From NCBI GenBank assembly GCA_037305845.1, contig CP147778.1, forward strand, positions 896,001 to 960,000: a stretch of DNA of 64,000 nt, written 5' to 3'. Shown here piece after piece: positions 28,757-38,308 of this stretch. Source of the DNA: Candidatus Freyarchaeum deiterrae. Lineage in GTDB: Archaea; Asgardarchaeota; Jordiarchaeia; Jordiarchaeales; Jordiarchaeaceae. Position 1 is the first letter of the stretch, and each line of letters starts with the position of its first letter. The translations under genes and the position numbers were made by a program. The notes beneath the pieces were generated by a model, which worked only from the letters and a program-made list of their open reading frames with translations, was not told where the DNA came from and ran no database searches.

Positions 28757-29157
28757 GGTTCATCCTTTGTTAGGGCACCTTTCAGTTTCTCCTCTATGTC
28801 GACGGCTTCCTCTTCTCCCCTTTTCTTATACATTATGCGTGGTTCAACGCCCTCTAGTTTTCGCTCCGCTCTCATTATGTCTATTTTGTCGAGTTTTCGC
28901 GGTATCTTTCTCTGTGCTACCAGAATGATTATGGCGTCCTCTATTTGTTCCCCAATTTTGGGTTTAGTTTTTCTCAAGTTTTCAAGATAGTTTTGAGCAT
29001 CGGGGAGCAGTACATATTTTAAGACGGCTTCTTTCTTTTCTTCTTGTTCACTCTGGGCGGTTTCTTGTTTCTCTTTTTGTTGTTTTTGCGCCAGATTCTT
29101 ATGCATTAATTCCATCATCTTTCTTCGCTTAATGGCTTCAAGTTCTTCGTCTGACAT
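28753..29157 (-). CDS. PDCD5/TFAR19-like DNA-binding protein
   Basis: MSDEELEAIKRRKMMEL...L.PDA..YL.NL...KP; start moved to ATG 29157. Confidence 0.75.
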   Translation of the reverse strand: MSDEELEAIKRRKMMELMHKNLAQKQQKEKQETAQSEQEEKKEAVLKYVLLPDAQNYLENLRKTKPKIGEQIEDAIIILVAQRKIPRKLDKIDIMRAERKLEGVEPRIMYKKRGEEEAVDIEEKLKGALTKDEP

Positions 29158-29352
29158 TTTCTTACCCCATGCAGAGGGAATAAAGTAATAGGTATTATGC
29201 TTTTTGGTACTTTTTGCCACATTAATCAAACTTTTTAAGTAGTACGACATATGATAACATAAAAAACATATGCGAACTTAATTTCAAAAACCAGTCATTT
29301 TTATAATACAGAAGGCTTCGGAAGAACAAAAAATACGGCTGGCGGTTCTAGT

Positions 29353-30138
29353 TTGAGTAGAGAAGAGTATACCATTAAAATTAAAAAAATAGATAATATA
29401 GATGAGGTGCTCTATCTAATAGAGTCTCTCTACGCCAGTGGAGCCAGAATGATTAACTTAGAGATGGAAACACCAGCAACAGCCGAACAGTTTCAAAAGA
29501 TTCGGGAATTAATTGTATCACTTCCGGGCTACGAGGTAACGGTTAAAACACCAATGAACATCTCGCTTCAAGACATTATGGAGATGAGCCACAGCTCTAT
29601 TCTTGAGACAATCAGCAACTCGGTACTTCATCTTATGGAAGACATAGTAGACTCAGTGGAATCTTTTGATCTGGCAAAAGCGGAGGCCGTGGAGCTTGCC
29701 CACGATAACGTTCACAGGTATTGCCAGAGGTATCGCAGACAAGCTCATAGTGGGACAACTCAAAACGTAAATGAACTTCTCAACTCCTCAGTGTACATAT
29801 CAAATCTGGAAAACGTAGCAAATTATCTTTCATACATAGCCCACTCTCTGAGTCAACAAACACTCCCTTCAGACCAATCTAAGCTGTTGCTGAAAATATT
29901 AGTTCCCATTAAAGAATTTATGAACAAGACTATCGAAACCTTTTTAACAAAAAATGTTGACAGGGCGCGAGCCATCCTCAGAGGGGAAAGTATGATACGA
30001 AAGGAAATTGAAAGCCTTCTAAACAGAATACTCAGCTATCCCGACAGGACAACGCGTCTCATTATAGAAAGCATAATGATACATTCAGGGGAAATACTGC
30101 GCAATCTTCATCAAATATTAATAAACACAATTAAATAG
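29353..30138 (+). CDS. PhoU-domain-like regulatory protein
   Basis: SLYASGA, LPGYEV, D.VHR, LENVANY: resembles archaeal phosphate-uptake regulators lacking the AbrB domain. Confidence 0.6.
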   Translation: MSREEYTIKIKKIDNIDEVLYLIESLYASGARMINLEMETPATAEQFQKIRELIVSLPGYEVTVKTPMNISLQDIMEMSHSSILETISNSVLHLMEDIVDSVESFDLAKAEAVELAHDNVHRYCQRYRRQAHSGTTQNVNELLNSSVYISNLENVANYLSYIAHSLSQQTLPSDQSKLLLKILVPIKEFMNKTIETFLTKNVDRARAILRGESMIRKEIESLLNRILSYPDRTTRLIIESIMIHSGEILRNLHQILINTIK

Positions 30139-30302
30139 AAATAGTTAAATTTTCTATAGAATTAAATTGTATCAAGTAATATTATTTTAAGAAAAACATA
30201 TTAAACTCGTTTTTATAAATGGATGTTTAATAAAGTAATCATACACTCAAAACTTTTAAGTGGTTTCAAGAACTAATATTAAACAAGCGAGAGGTGTAAA
30301 AT

Positions 30303-30920
30303 TTGAGCGAAAAAAAGTCAGGATCAAGCAACCCATCATCATCCGACTCAAAGGCTAAAACAGCCGCCACCGAAGTAGCTATGTCCGCAGAAGGAACCAG
30401 AGAAGAAGAAATGTCTATGCTCCGCATGATGGTTAATATAATGGAAGACAACGTTAACACCATGCTCAGAATAGAAAAGACCCTCAATGATAGATTAGGC
30501 TCAATAGAGAGAAGGTTGACAGAAACAGAAAAAAGGCTCTCTGATCGAATTGGAAGCATTGGAGTTTCCGGTTCAGAAAAACTGGAAGAGACCCTAGGCA
30601 AAGCGGTAAACGATATGCAGAAAGGAATGGAGATAATGGTCCTTCAGAACATGGTCGAAAAGGTTGAGGGACTAGCAGCCCAGTTAAGAGGCGAACCATT
30701 GCCTGAGAGAAAGAAGCCTGCAGAAGGGAAAGAAGAAAAGCCTGCCCAAAGGATTCAGAGAAAGGATAAGGATAAGGAAAAAGACAAGGAAAGAGAAGAC
30801 AGAGGATTTAGAGATCGGTCGAAAGATAAAGTGGAGTACAGAGAAGAAGAAGAAAGAGAGCCGAAGAAAGGAGACGAGCGATTGGTCAGACCTTCGGACC
30901 TGTTTGGCAGAGGTTACTGA
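30303..30920 (+). CDS. Coiled-coil hypothetical protein with highly charged tail
   Basis: Heptads aa ~35-130; K/D/E/R tail ending RPSDLFGRGY. Confidence 0.7.
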   Translation: MSEKKSGSSNPSSSDSKAKTAATEVAMSAEGTREEEMSMLRMMVNIMEDNVNTMLRIEKTLNDRLGSIERRLTETEKRLSDRIGSIGVSGSEKLEETLGKAVNDMQKGMEIMVLQNMVEKVEGLAAQLRGEPLPERKKPAEGKEEKPAQRIQRKDKDKEKDKEREDRGFRDRSKDKVEYREEEEREPKKGDERLVRPSDLFGRGY

Positions 30921-31115
30921 TAAACCTAGGCACTAGCAAAAATTAATTATTTTATTCTCATCGTGAACATTTAGAACCCGGATTTCTTATCCCCACAATT
31001 TTTTATTCTCATCCTGATGGATAATAGAGCAAAAAGGTTAATGGGAGTTAGAAATTCAACTAATATCTGTTGATTCTGATTTTATTTTTTTAATTTGGGG
31101 TAAACTTTTTTGGAG

Positions 31116-31589
31116 TTACCATTTGGTTCCTTGCTTTTCTTTCTCTTTTTGTTGTTGTTGCTTTGGGGGATTTACTTGGGCGTCTATTTCTCCTTGTAGG
31201 TATTGTACTGCGTCTAAGAATCTGTTTAGTACGATGAGCATTTGAACGCTCCAGGTAGCATCTTGTACGCTTCCAAGAGTTTGCCTGTGGGTTTTAATGG
31301 TTTCATCACGTACTTGTTCTATATTTATTTGCTGAACTTTATGTAACTCGTTGAGAACATTAGTGGTGGATTCATTCATTTTTTGTATGGTCTTTGTTCT
31401 TTCTGAACGAATGGTGTTGGTTAATTCCACAGAGGCTTGGATCATGTTTGTGATGTTTTGAGAGAAGAATTCGGTAAATTTCAGAATTTTGTTCGTGTAG
31501 TTTTCAATTAGAGAAGTCACATTTTCTATCTTTGTGTAGATATCATTAAGAGCCTGGGTAACTAGAGGTATGATTGCTTCTGCCGACAT
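31116..31589 (-). CDS. Small all-helical coiled-coil hypothetical protein
   Basis: 157 aa, continuous amphipathic periodicity; coupled to upstream gene. Confidence 0.7.
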   Translation of the reverse strand: MSAEAIIPLVTQALNDIYTKIENVTSLIENYTNKILKFTEFFSQNITNMIQASVELTNTIRSERTKTIQKMNESTTNVLNELHKVQQINIEQVRDETIKTHRQTLGSVQDATWSVQMLIVLNRFLDAVQYLQGEIDAQVNPPKQQQQKEKEKQGTKW

Positions 31590-31591
31590 GT

Positions 31592-32044
31592 TTAATAACC
31601 TCCCTCATCTCGTGTTGACTCCATTTTTGGTTGAACACTTGTAGCTGCTGTCAGAATCTTGAGTGAAGCTTGAACAAGTTCCCTCATCATTGGGCGTAGC
31701 TTCTGAGGGTCTAGTTCACCGTATACTAGCTTTAGAAGCTCTTCCATTGCTTCTTTGGATTTGGTGAATGTCTCAAGTTTTAGGAGATCACTTACGTTTC
31801 CTACCTCAAAGCTAAAAGTGTTTACAAGCGTGTTAACCTGATCGCCGAAAATTTCTTCTTCTTCTCTTATTGCTCGAGCTAATTTTTCAAGTGTGTCGTT
31901 TATTTGTTTAATGCTCCTTTCCACGTTTTCCATCAATCCCGATAAAAGATCGTAATTCTTTTGCATGACGTTGAGAGAACTATCTAATTTCGAGGAAATA
32001 TTTTTGAATTGAAAGATGAAATTTGAAGTTACATCTTCGGACAA
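31592..32044 (-). CDS. Small all-helical coiled-coil hypothetical protein
   Basis: 150 aa, heptad/hendecad periodicity. Confidence 0.7.
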   Translation of the reverse strand: MSEDVTSNFIFQFKNISSKLDSSLNVMQKNYDLLSGLMENVERSIKQINDTLEKLARAIREEEEIFGDQVNTLVNTFSFEVGNVSDLLKLETFTKSKEAMEELLKLVYGELDPQKLRPMMRELVQASLKILTAATSVQPKMESTRDEGGY

Positions 32045-32216
32045 TTTTTACACCTGACTCTTCCTTTATGAAATAATTACATTCATAGAATAAAAAACTT
32101 CCTAGTTACAAAAATAGATACCTTCATCTTAGTAGTGCCAAAATGGTATTAGTTTTCAGTTCTGCTGAGAATTCAATTTGGGAAACGAGGAAGAGAGTTG
32201 TTGAGAATTTGTTTTT

Positions 32217-32906
32217 TCATAGGTTATTGAGCTTCAAACGCTTAATGGCTACCGCCCGGTTTTTTATTAATTCTTCTATAACCATTATTACCTCGCCTAT
32301 GTCTCTTTTTAGAACTTTTGTTATTTGACCAATGTTCTTTTCTCCATCGATCATTAAAAATAAGTCTACAACCCAGCCTCCAAATATGGAGGTCAAATCT
32401 TCGGATATTTTGTTATTAAGAAATTCTAGTGTGAATATTTTCTTCACGGGTATTGAGAAAACAGTCATTTCACTTTGGGATGTGTCTAGCAACGGCTCAT
32501 ATGCCGGGAGGCTTTGCTTCAGAGGCATTTTCAGTGATCCACTTAAGACCTTTATATCGGTTTCTTGTTGTTTTAGCGCTTTTTCCTCTAAGTATTTTTG
32601 GAACTTCTCAGTTGAACTCTCTAAAACTTTTTGTAATTCGTAGGCGTCTCCTTGGTTAACTATAACCAAAAAATAATCTTGGAAGCGAGAGATTCCAATG
32701 TTGCTTTCACGAATTTTGGCAGTAAGAGTGTGAATGTTTATCGCGCTTAAATAAAGAATCAGAGACTGTATTATATCAACCATATTATCGGGAAAGTGTG
32801 AAATTAGCAGGTTACCGTTTAAATCTGAAATACCAGCATGCTTTACGTAATCACTTTTTTCAACTTCTTTTAACAGCGCCTCAAAATCCTCTATTACTGC
32901 GCTCAT
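32217..32906 (-). CDS. Roadblock/longin-like domain fused to C-terminal winged helix
   Basis: N-terminal VKHAGISDLNGNLLISH; C-terminal IPV...IDGEKNIGQI...V...IEEL....AV. Confidence 0.6.
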   Translation of the reverse strand: MSAVIEDFEALLKEVEKSDYVKHAGISDLNGNLLISHFPDNMVDIIQSLILYLSAINIHTLTAKIRESNIGISRFQDYFLVIVNQGDAYELQKVLESSTEKFQKYLEEKALKQQETDIKVLSGSLKMPLKQSLPAYEPLLDTSQSEMTVFSIPVKKIFTLEFLNNKISEDLTSIFGGWVVDLFLMIDGEKNIGQITKVLKRDIGEVIMVIEELIKNRAVAIKRLKLNNL

Positions 32907-33275
32907 GACTTATCCCACTAAGTAGCTATTTTTACCGGTTTATTATTTATTGAATTTTGCAGTTTTCCCATTATCAGGAAGGAATGGGGAGTAAACTGAA
33001 TTGTTGTTATTACTATTATTATTGCGTCATAGTTTATTTGCTGGTTAGTTTGCCAGTAGGCTGTTCAAGTTATATGTTTTACTCCATTCTCAAAAATAGG
33101 ATTTGGATTTTTCTGAAAAAATAAACGAAATAAAACCTTTTTTAAAAAGCAGTATTGTAATATGAACGTAATAATGATTTTTCGGCAGTTAAAAATAAGA
33201 GTTAAATATAATTACAAACTCTTAGCTTTATGTGTCACTCAGAAGAGAAAATGGTAAGGTTTTAGAGGGAATAAA

Positions 33276-34631
33276 ATGTCTGGAAATGTTTTCCATGCTT
33301 ATGACGTAAGGGCAGTTTTTAATGAGGAAATAGATGCGGAGAACATAGTGAGAATAGGACTCGCTTTTGGAACGTATCTAGGTGGGCAAGGCCTTGTTTT
33401 CACCGGAAGAGATGTTAGAACAAGTTCAAAGATAGTGGAAAACGCTGCCGTTTCTGGGATTTGCTCCACCGGTTGTGATGTCACTTCACTGGGTTTACTT
33501 CCAATCCCTCTGTTTAATTTCTATACATGGAAACATAAACCCGAAGCAGGATTAATGGTTACCGCGTCTCATAATCCACCAGAATTTACTGGATTGCGTT
33601 TTAGACACAACGATGGCACTGGTTTCTCCGAAGAGAACGAAAAAATTAAGAAAATTTATCTTGAAGGCAACTTCCATAAAGAGCCCTGGAATAAGCTAGG
33701 AGAATTCACGAGCATCAGCACGCAAGTGGTTATTTCTGAGTACATTAAATATTTGTTTGAGAAGATATCTTTAGAGAAAAAATTGAAAGTGGTTCTCGAC
33801 CCGGGAACAGGAACAGCCTCCATAGTGGCGCCCCAGCTCTTCAGAAAGGCTGGTTGTAAGGTTTTTACGATAAATTCGCAGATTGACGGAACTTTCCCTG
33901 GTAGAGATCCCTATCCCCACGAGGGAAATATTGATGATTTACAAAAAATTATTGTGGATCAAGGCGCGGATATAGGAGTGGCTTACGATGGGGATGCGGA
34001 TAGAGCGGTTTTTGTGGACGATAAGGGGCGAGTGGTGAGACCTGAGGTTGCAGGGGTGCTCTTCATAAGGGACGCCCTTTCCAAGAAGAAAGGCAGTATT
34101 ATAGTAGCTAACGTTGCTAGCTCCATGATTGTACAAGAACAGGTAGAGGCTTTAGGAGGCGAAGTAATTTATGAGCGAGTCGGAGACGTTTTTATGACGG
34201 ACGCAATTAAAAAACATAACGCGGTATTTGGAATCGAACCCTCAGGACACTTTTATTCAAATTTATTCTATCCTTTTGATGATGGAATTCAATCCAGTCT
34301 TCTTTTGGCAGAAATCATTTCCAAGGAAAAGAAGCCACTATCAGAACTTGTCGATGAAATTCCAGTATATCCCATGACGGAAGAATCCATTGACTGCCCT
34401 GAAGAGAAAAAATCTCAGGTCATAGAGAGAACCAAAGAAAAACTAGAAGAGAAAGGATATAAACTCAACTTGATGGATGGCGTGAGAATAGACAAACAAG
34501 AAGGCTGGGCAATAGTAAGACCCTCAAACACTCAACCATTAATCCGTGTTACCGCAGAAGCGAAGACCGAATCGAAGTTAAAACAGCTAAAAAGCGAGAT
34601 ATTAAGTGTTTTAAAAGAGACGCTGGAATAA
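33276..34631 (+). CDS. Phosphomannomutase/phosphoglucomutase (alpha-D-phosphohexomutase)
   Basis: TASHNPP, DGDADR, EPSGH, RPSNTQP. Confidence 0.92.
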   Translation: MSGNVFHAYDVRAVFNEEIDAENIVRIGLAFGTYLGGQGLVFTGRDVRTSSKIVENAAVSGICSTGCDVTSLGLLPIPLFNFYTWKHKPEAGLMVTASHNPPEFTGLRFRHNDGTGFSEENEKIKKIYLEGNFHKEPWNKLGEFTSISTQVVISEYIKYLFEKISLEKKLKVVLDPGTGTASIVAPQLFRKAGCKVFTINSQIDGTFPGRDPYPHEGNIDDLQKIIVDQGADIGVAYDGDADRAVFVDDKGRVVRPEVAGVLFIRDALSKKKGSIIVANVASSMIVQEQVEALGGEVIYERVGDVFMTDAIKKHNAVFGIEPSGHFYSNLFYPFDDGIQSSLLLAEIISKEKKPLSELVDEIPVYPMTEESIDCPEEKKSQVIERTKEKLEEKGYKLNLMDGVRIDKQEGWAIVRPSNTQPLIRVTAEAKTESKLKQLKSEILSVLKETLE

Positions 34632-35045
34632 GGTTGAGAAAACCATGCGATTTCAGGAACGAAAAATGTCTACGAACCAAAAAATTTGGTAAGAGATATT
34701 AGCAATATATGTCTCTTTTTCGTGGATAAATTTTATTTACTCAAAATGTAGTTTTTATTTTTACTTTTCCCTGTACCAGATTCTTTGGTGTTTATAAAAG
34801 AGATAAATATTTATTTTAGTTACGTATTGATATGCGTTATAGATACTTATAATAACTCAAGTTACTTTAATCCGAAAATGATGGAAAAACGGCAACGCAT
34901 AAGATACAATCAAAGGACGAACCGTAAATTCGGTTTCAGATTATATGAATTCACTATTTATAATGTCTCTTCTACTTTTACAGAGCAAAAGAAATCAGCA
35001 TTTCGAAGTTTAACAAAGCGATAAGAGGAGTTGATTTGAAACTTA

Positions 35046-35447
35046 ATGGAGTGTAAAACAATGGAAGAAGCTCTAGCCTTACACATCATTGGTGAATTAT
35101 TCTCGAATTCGGAAAACATAGACAATCTAAAATTCATTAAGAAGGTGCTCATAGAATCAGCTAAAAAAGCCGGCCTAACTATATTAAATTCGAAATTTCA
35201 CAGATTTAAACCCCAGGGTGTCAGTGGTTTTATAATGATCAGCGAATCCCACTTATCAATTCATACCTGGCCTGAGAGTGGATACGTAGCAATAGATGTC
35301 TTTACTTGTGGGGAACCCTCGCATTGTAGAGCCGCGTACGACTACATAGTGTCAATGCTCAAACCGTCATATCATACGAAAATAGAAATTAAAAGGGGAA
35401 GGTTCAACGAGAACAAAGAACCTGAGAAGAGTATAGTCTATGAATAA
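35046..35447 (+). CDS. speD: Pyruvoyl S-adenosylmethionine decarboxylase proenzyme
   Basis: F.PQGVS, ISESHLSIHTWPE, DVFTCG; upstream of speE. An arginine decarboxylase of the same family is not excluded. Confidence 0.85.
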   Translation: MECKTMEEALALHIIGELFSNSENIDNLKFIKKVLIESAKKAGLTILNSKFHRFKPQGVSGFIMISESHLSIHTWPESGYVAIDVFTCGEPSHCRAAYDYIVSMLKPSYHTKIEIKRGRFNENKEPEKSIVYE

Positions 35448-36345
35448 CGAAAACCTGACCCTGTGGTTTGCTAATTGGCACACGGATAATATTCAGCACC
35501 TAGTGAAGGTTAAACCTATTTACAGCACTCAATCAGAATATCAGCGAATTGAAGTAGTTGATTCTGAGGTTTATGGAAGACTGCTGATTTTGAATGGAGA
35601 GATTCAACTATCAACAAAATTCAACTCCTACATCCACGAAAGCATGACCCACCCCGCACTACTTTTACACCCCCATCCTAAGAATGTGCTAATAATAGGA
35701 GGCGGAGATGGAGGCTCTACAACAGAGGTGGTTAAACACAACGTGGAATCTGATACTGTAGTGGAAATCGATAGGAAAGTTGTCCAAGTTGCAAAGGAAT
35801 ATTTTCCGGGTGTCTCCGCGGGTTTTTCTGACAAACGAGTAACTATAAAATATTTGGATGGCAGGGACTTTGTTGAAAAGAGCAAGGATAAATTTGATGT
35901 TATTATAAATGATATTTCGGACCCGACAGAATCTGCGTGCACCGTGTTCACACGAAGTTTTTTCGGCAAGTTGTATGATTGTTTGAGGGAGGATGGAGTT
36001 TTCCTCACCCACGCTGAGTCTCCGGACTCCTGTGAGGAGGTATTTTATAGGGTTATTGCTACTTTGAGGGATGTTTTTCCCATAGTTAGACCTTTCAGAG
36101 TATGGATCCCCCCTTACATTGATTTTTGGGGGAGAGTTATTGCATCCAAAAAGTATGATCCTTTAGAGCTGGATGTTAGCGATATAACTGAGCGTATTAG
36201 TGAGAGAGGCTTTTTGCTAGAATGGTTAACTCCTGAATTGTTTTATGCCATGTTTCGCTCCTTCTCAAAGGATGTTATTGATAAAATGAATCAGAAGTGG
36301 AGAATAATTACTGAGACGGATTTCCCTCTTTTTAACAGACCTTGA
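35440..36345 (+). CDS. speE: Polyamine aminopropyltransferase (spermidine synthase family)
   Basis: SEYQRI, LIIGGGDGG, VEID, DGR.F, DISDP. Confidence 0.88.
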   Translation: MNNENLTLWFANWHTDNIQHLVKVKPIYSTQSEYQRIEVVDSEVYGRLLILNGEIQLSTKFNSYIHESMTHPALLLHPHPKNVLIIGGGDGGSTTEVVKHNVESDTVVEIDRKVVQVAKEYFPGVSAGFSDKRVTIKYLDGRDFVEKSKDKFDVIINDISDPTESACTVFTRSFFGKLYDCLREDGVFLTHAESPDSCEEVFYRVIATLRDVFPIVRPFRVWIPPYIDFWGRVIASKKYDPLELDVSDITERISERGFLLEWLTPELFYAMFRSFSKDVIDKMNQKWRIITETDFPLFNRP

Positions 36346-36365
36346 AGAATTATAGGTGAACAATC

Positions 36366-37529
36366 ATGTCAAATTTTGAAATAAATAAGAAATTTTTGAG
36401 TTCAATGGCAAAAGAGTGTAAAAGGAAGAACCCCGTGGATCCCAACATTACCTCCTATGAGATATCAAGAATAATTTTTCAACTTGTCGATGGAAATACC
36501 TTAGGAAACATCACTTCTAAAATGCAGGTAGCTTCGGTTATGGCGGCAATGGGATATTTGCATTACAAAGAATTGCTATCCTATGAGGAAAGTACAAGAA
36601 TATTCAAACTTAAGGCGACTCCGAGTTGGAATTTGAAATCCTTTACTGGTCTTCAATATAATGTTTTGAAAGAGGTACTTCCGAAAGCTGATTTACTCAA
36701 TCGGATTCTGGAGGAGCGTAAACTCGGGTTGATATCGGAATACGCCCAGTTATTTATTAATATTGAGACGCTTCTCAGAAAGTTCACTCTGATGCAATCT
36801 TTTAACGACTTGGAGGGCAAGGATGTTATTTTCGTAGGCGATGATGATTTATTAAGCGTATTTACTGCTCTTCTAGGTGATGCCAATAGGATAACTGTTC
36901 TGGACGTGGATGAGAGAATATTAGGATTAATTGATAGATTATCAGAAGAAAATGATCTAAATATAGAAACTCTAAAACATAATCTTATGTTGCCCCTGCC
37001 ACCCAGCTTACTGGGAAAATTCGACACCTTCTGCACGGATTCATCCCATTGCTTGGGAGGAATTGCCCTCTTTGTAAGCCGGGGGATATCTTCGCTCAAA
37101 AAAGAAAAAGAAACTGCGGGCTACTTTAATTTCCAAACTGTCGACGAAGCACCATTGATGAGTTTTCAAATAAGAAAAAGACTTTGGGAATACTTGACCA
37201 ATAGAATGAAAGTTGTGGTGTCATGCGCTCTTCCATCGTTTTCAAATTATATTATTCCAGAAGAAGAAAATGAGACACTCACCGAAAAGTTTCTTGAAGC
37301 ATTATCCGCACCTAATTTTGAAAAGTACAAACCGTTAAGTGCGTACCGGGATACTTCAACCTTCATAGAATTTTATCCCTATTTTTCAATGGAACCTGCA
37401 ACGACTCTGAGGATAACTTGTTTAAACTCGGAATCTCTAATAACTGGAGAATTCAATAAAGAATGCGAAAAAGAGTACGGACCTATCTATTCATGGAAAT
37501 ATTTAAAGGAAAAAATAAAAATTGACTAG
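36366..37529 (+). CDS. bpsA: Branched-chain polyamine synthase-like aminopropyltransferase (DUF43)
   Basis: Q.F, DLEGKDVIFVGDDDLLS, VLDVDERI, KFDTF.TD, FVSRGIS.LK. Confidence 0.75.
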   Translation: MSNFEINKKFLSSMAKECKRKNPVDPNITSYEISRIIFQLVDGNTLGNITSKMQVASVMAAMGYLHYKELLSYEESTRIFKLKATPSWNLKSFTGLQYNVLKEVLPKADLLNRILEERKLGLISEYAQLFINIETLLRKFTLMQSFNDLEGKDVIFVGDDDLLSVFTALLGDANRITVLDVDERILGLIDRLSEENDLNIETLKHNLMLPLPPSLLGKFDTFCTDSSHCLGGIALFVSRGISSLKKEKETAGYFNFQTVDEAPLMSFQIRKRLWEYLTNRMKVVVSCALPSFSNYIIPEEENETLTEKFLEALSAPNFEKYKPLSAYRDTSTFIEFYPYFSMEPATTLRITCLNSESLITGEFNKECEKEYGPIYSWKYLKEKIKID

Positions 37530-37605
37530 TTTCAACAACGTGTGTTGCAATACAGAATAAAAGAAAATGAGAGAGGGCAAATTACTGATAAAAAGTGGTG
37601 AGTAG

Positions 37606-37863
37606 CTATAGTTTTTTGTTTAGCCTTTTTCCCTCTTCGGTTATAGATATCCAATTCGTTTCCGTTCGATTAACCAGTCCTTTTTTAACCAAGCTGTTGA
37701 TTGTTTCTTCGGGAGTCGTTTTGGCTTTTCCAATGATCCAAATCCGGTAAACCTTCTGCAATCTCCCTGTAATGGTTTTCTGGCGCTCACCTATAGAAAA
37801 CTGAGCAATTAAAGCCAGAGCCTGTTTTTCCTCTTCCGTTAGTTCAGTAACCGTATCTGACAT
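37606..37863 (-). CDS. Small winged-helix-like hypothetical protein
   Basis: SLVKKGLV...ISITEEG wing motif. Confidence 0.6.
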   Translation of the reverse strand: MSDTVTELTEEEKQALALIAQFSIGERQKTITGRLQKVYRIWIIGKAKTTPEETINSLVKKGLVNRTETNWISITEEGKRLNKKL

Positions 37864-37997
37864 TATTTTTCACTTGAACCGCTTTGGTTATTACTATTGT
37901 ATAATTTAAAAATGGTAATCTCTGCCTAAATCTCTTTCTACTAAAGCAATCAAAAACACGAAAATTATTCAAAGAAAAGGTCTAAGATTGTCTCCAA

Positions 37998-38123
37998 TTA
38001 CTTTTTGACCCACTTAAACCCAGTTTCCAACGCTTTCAAATTAACTTCCTCATCCCTCATCTCCTCTTCTACCGTCTACTTAACAGACTCGTAACTAACA
38101 GGAAAAACCCCCAATTTCGAAAA
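37998..38123 (-). pseudogene. C-terminal remnant of a 2-oxoacid/indolepyruvate:ferredoxin oxidoreductase gamma/beta-type subunit
   Basis: Manual translation FSKLGVFPVSYESVK*TVEEEMRDEEVNLKALETGFKWVKK*; internal stop, no N-terminus. Confidence 0.5.
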
Positions 38124-38308
38124 TGAAACAAGTTCGGCTACATATGTTCATATATTCGTTACAACGTTTATCCTATCAGTTAATTAGAGTCAACTAGTTG
38201 GCTCTTGAAGGATAGAGGTTCATAACTGTTTTCAGTTTCAATTCTAATTAAGGTAAATAAGTCTAATACGAAGATGAGTAAGGACTCGCTTCTTTCTGAA
38301 AGGCTTTA

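Noticed and set aside
29158-29250. N-terminal extension of the PDCD5-like ORF
   Set aside because: The family begins at MSDEEL; the extension is AT-rich promoter-like DNA.
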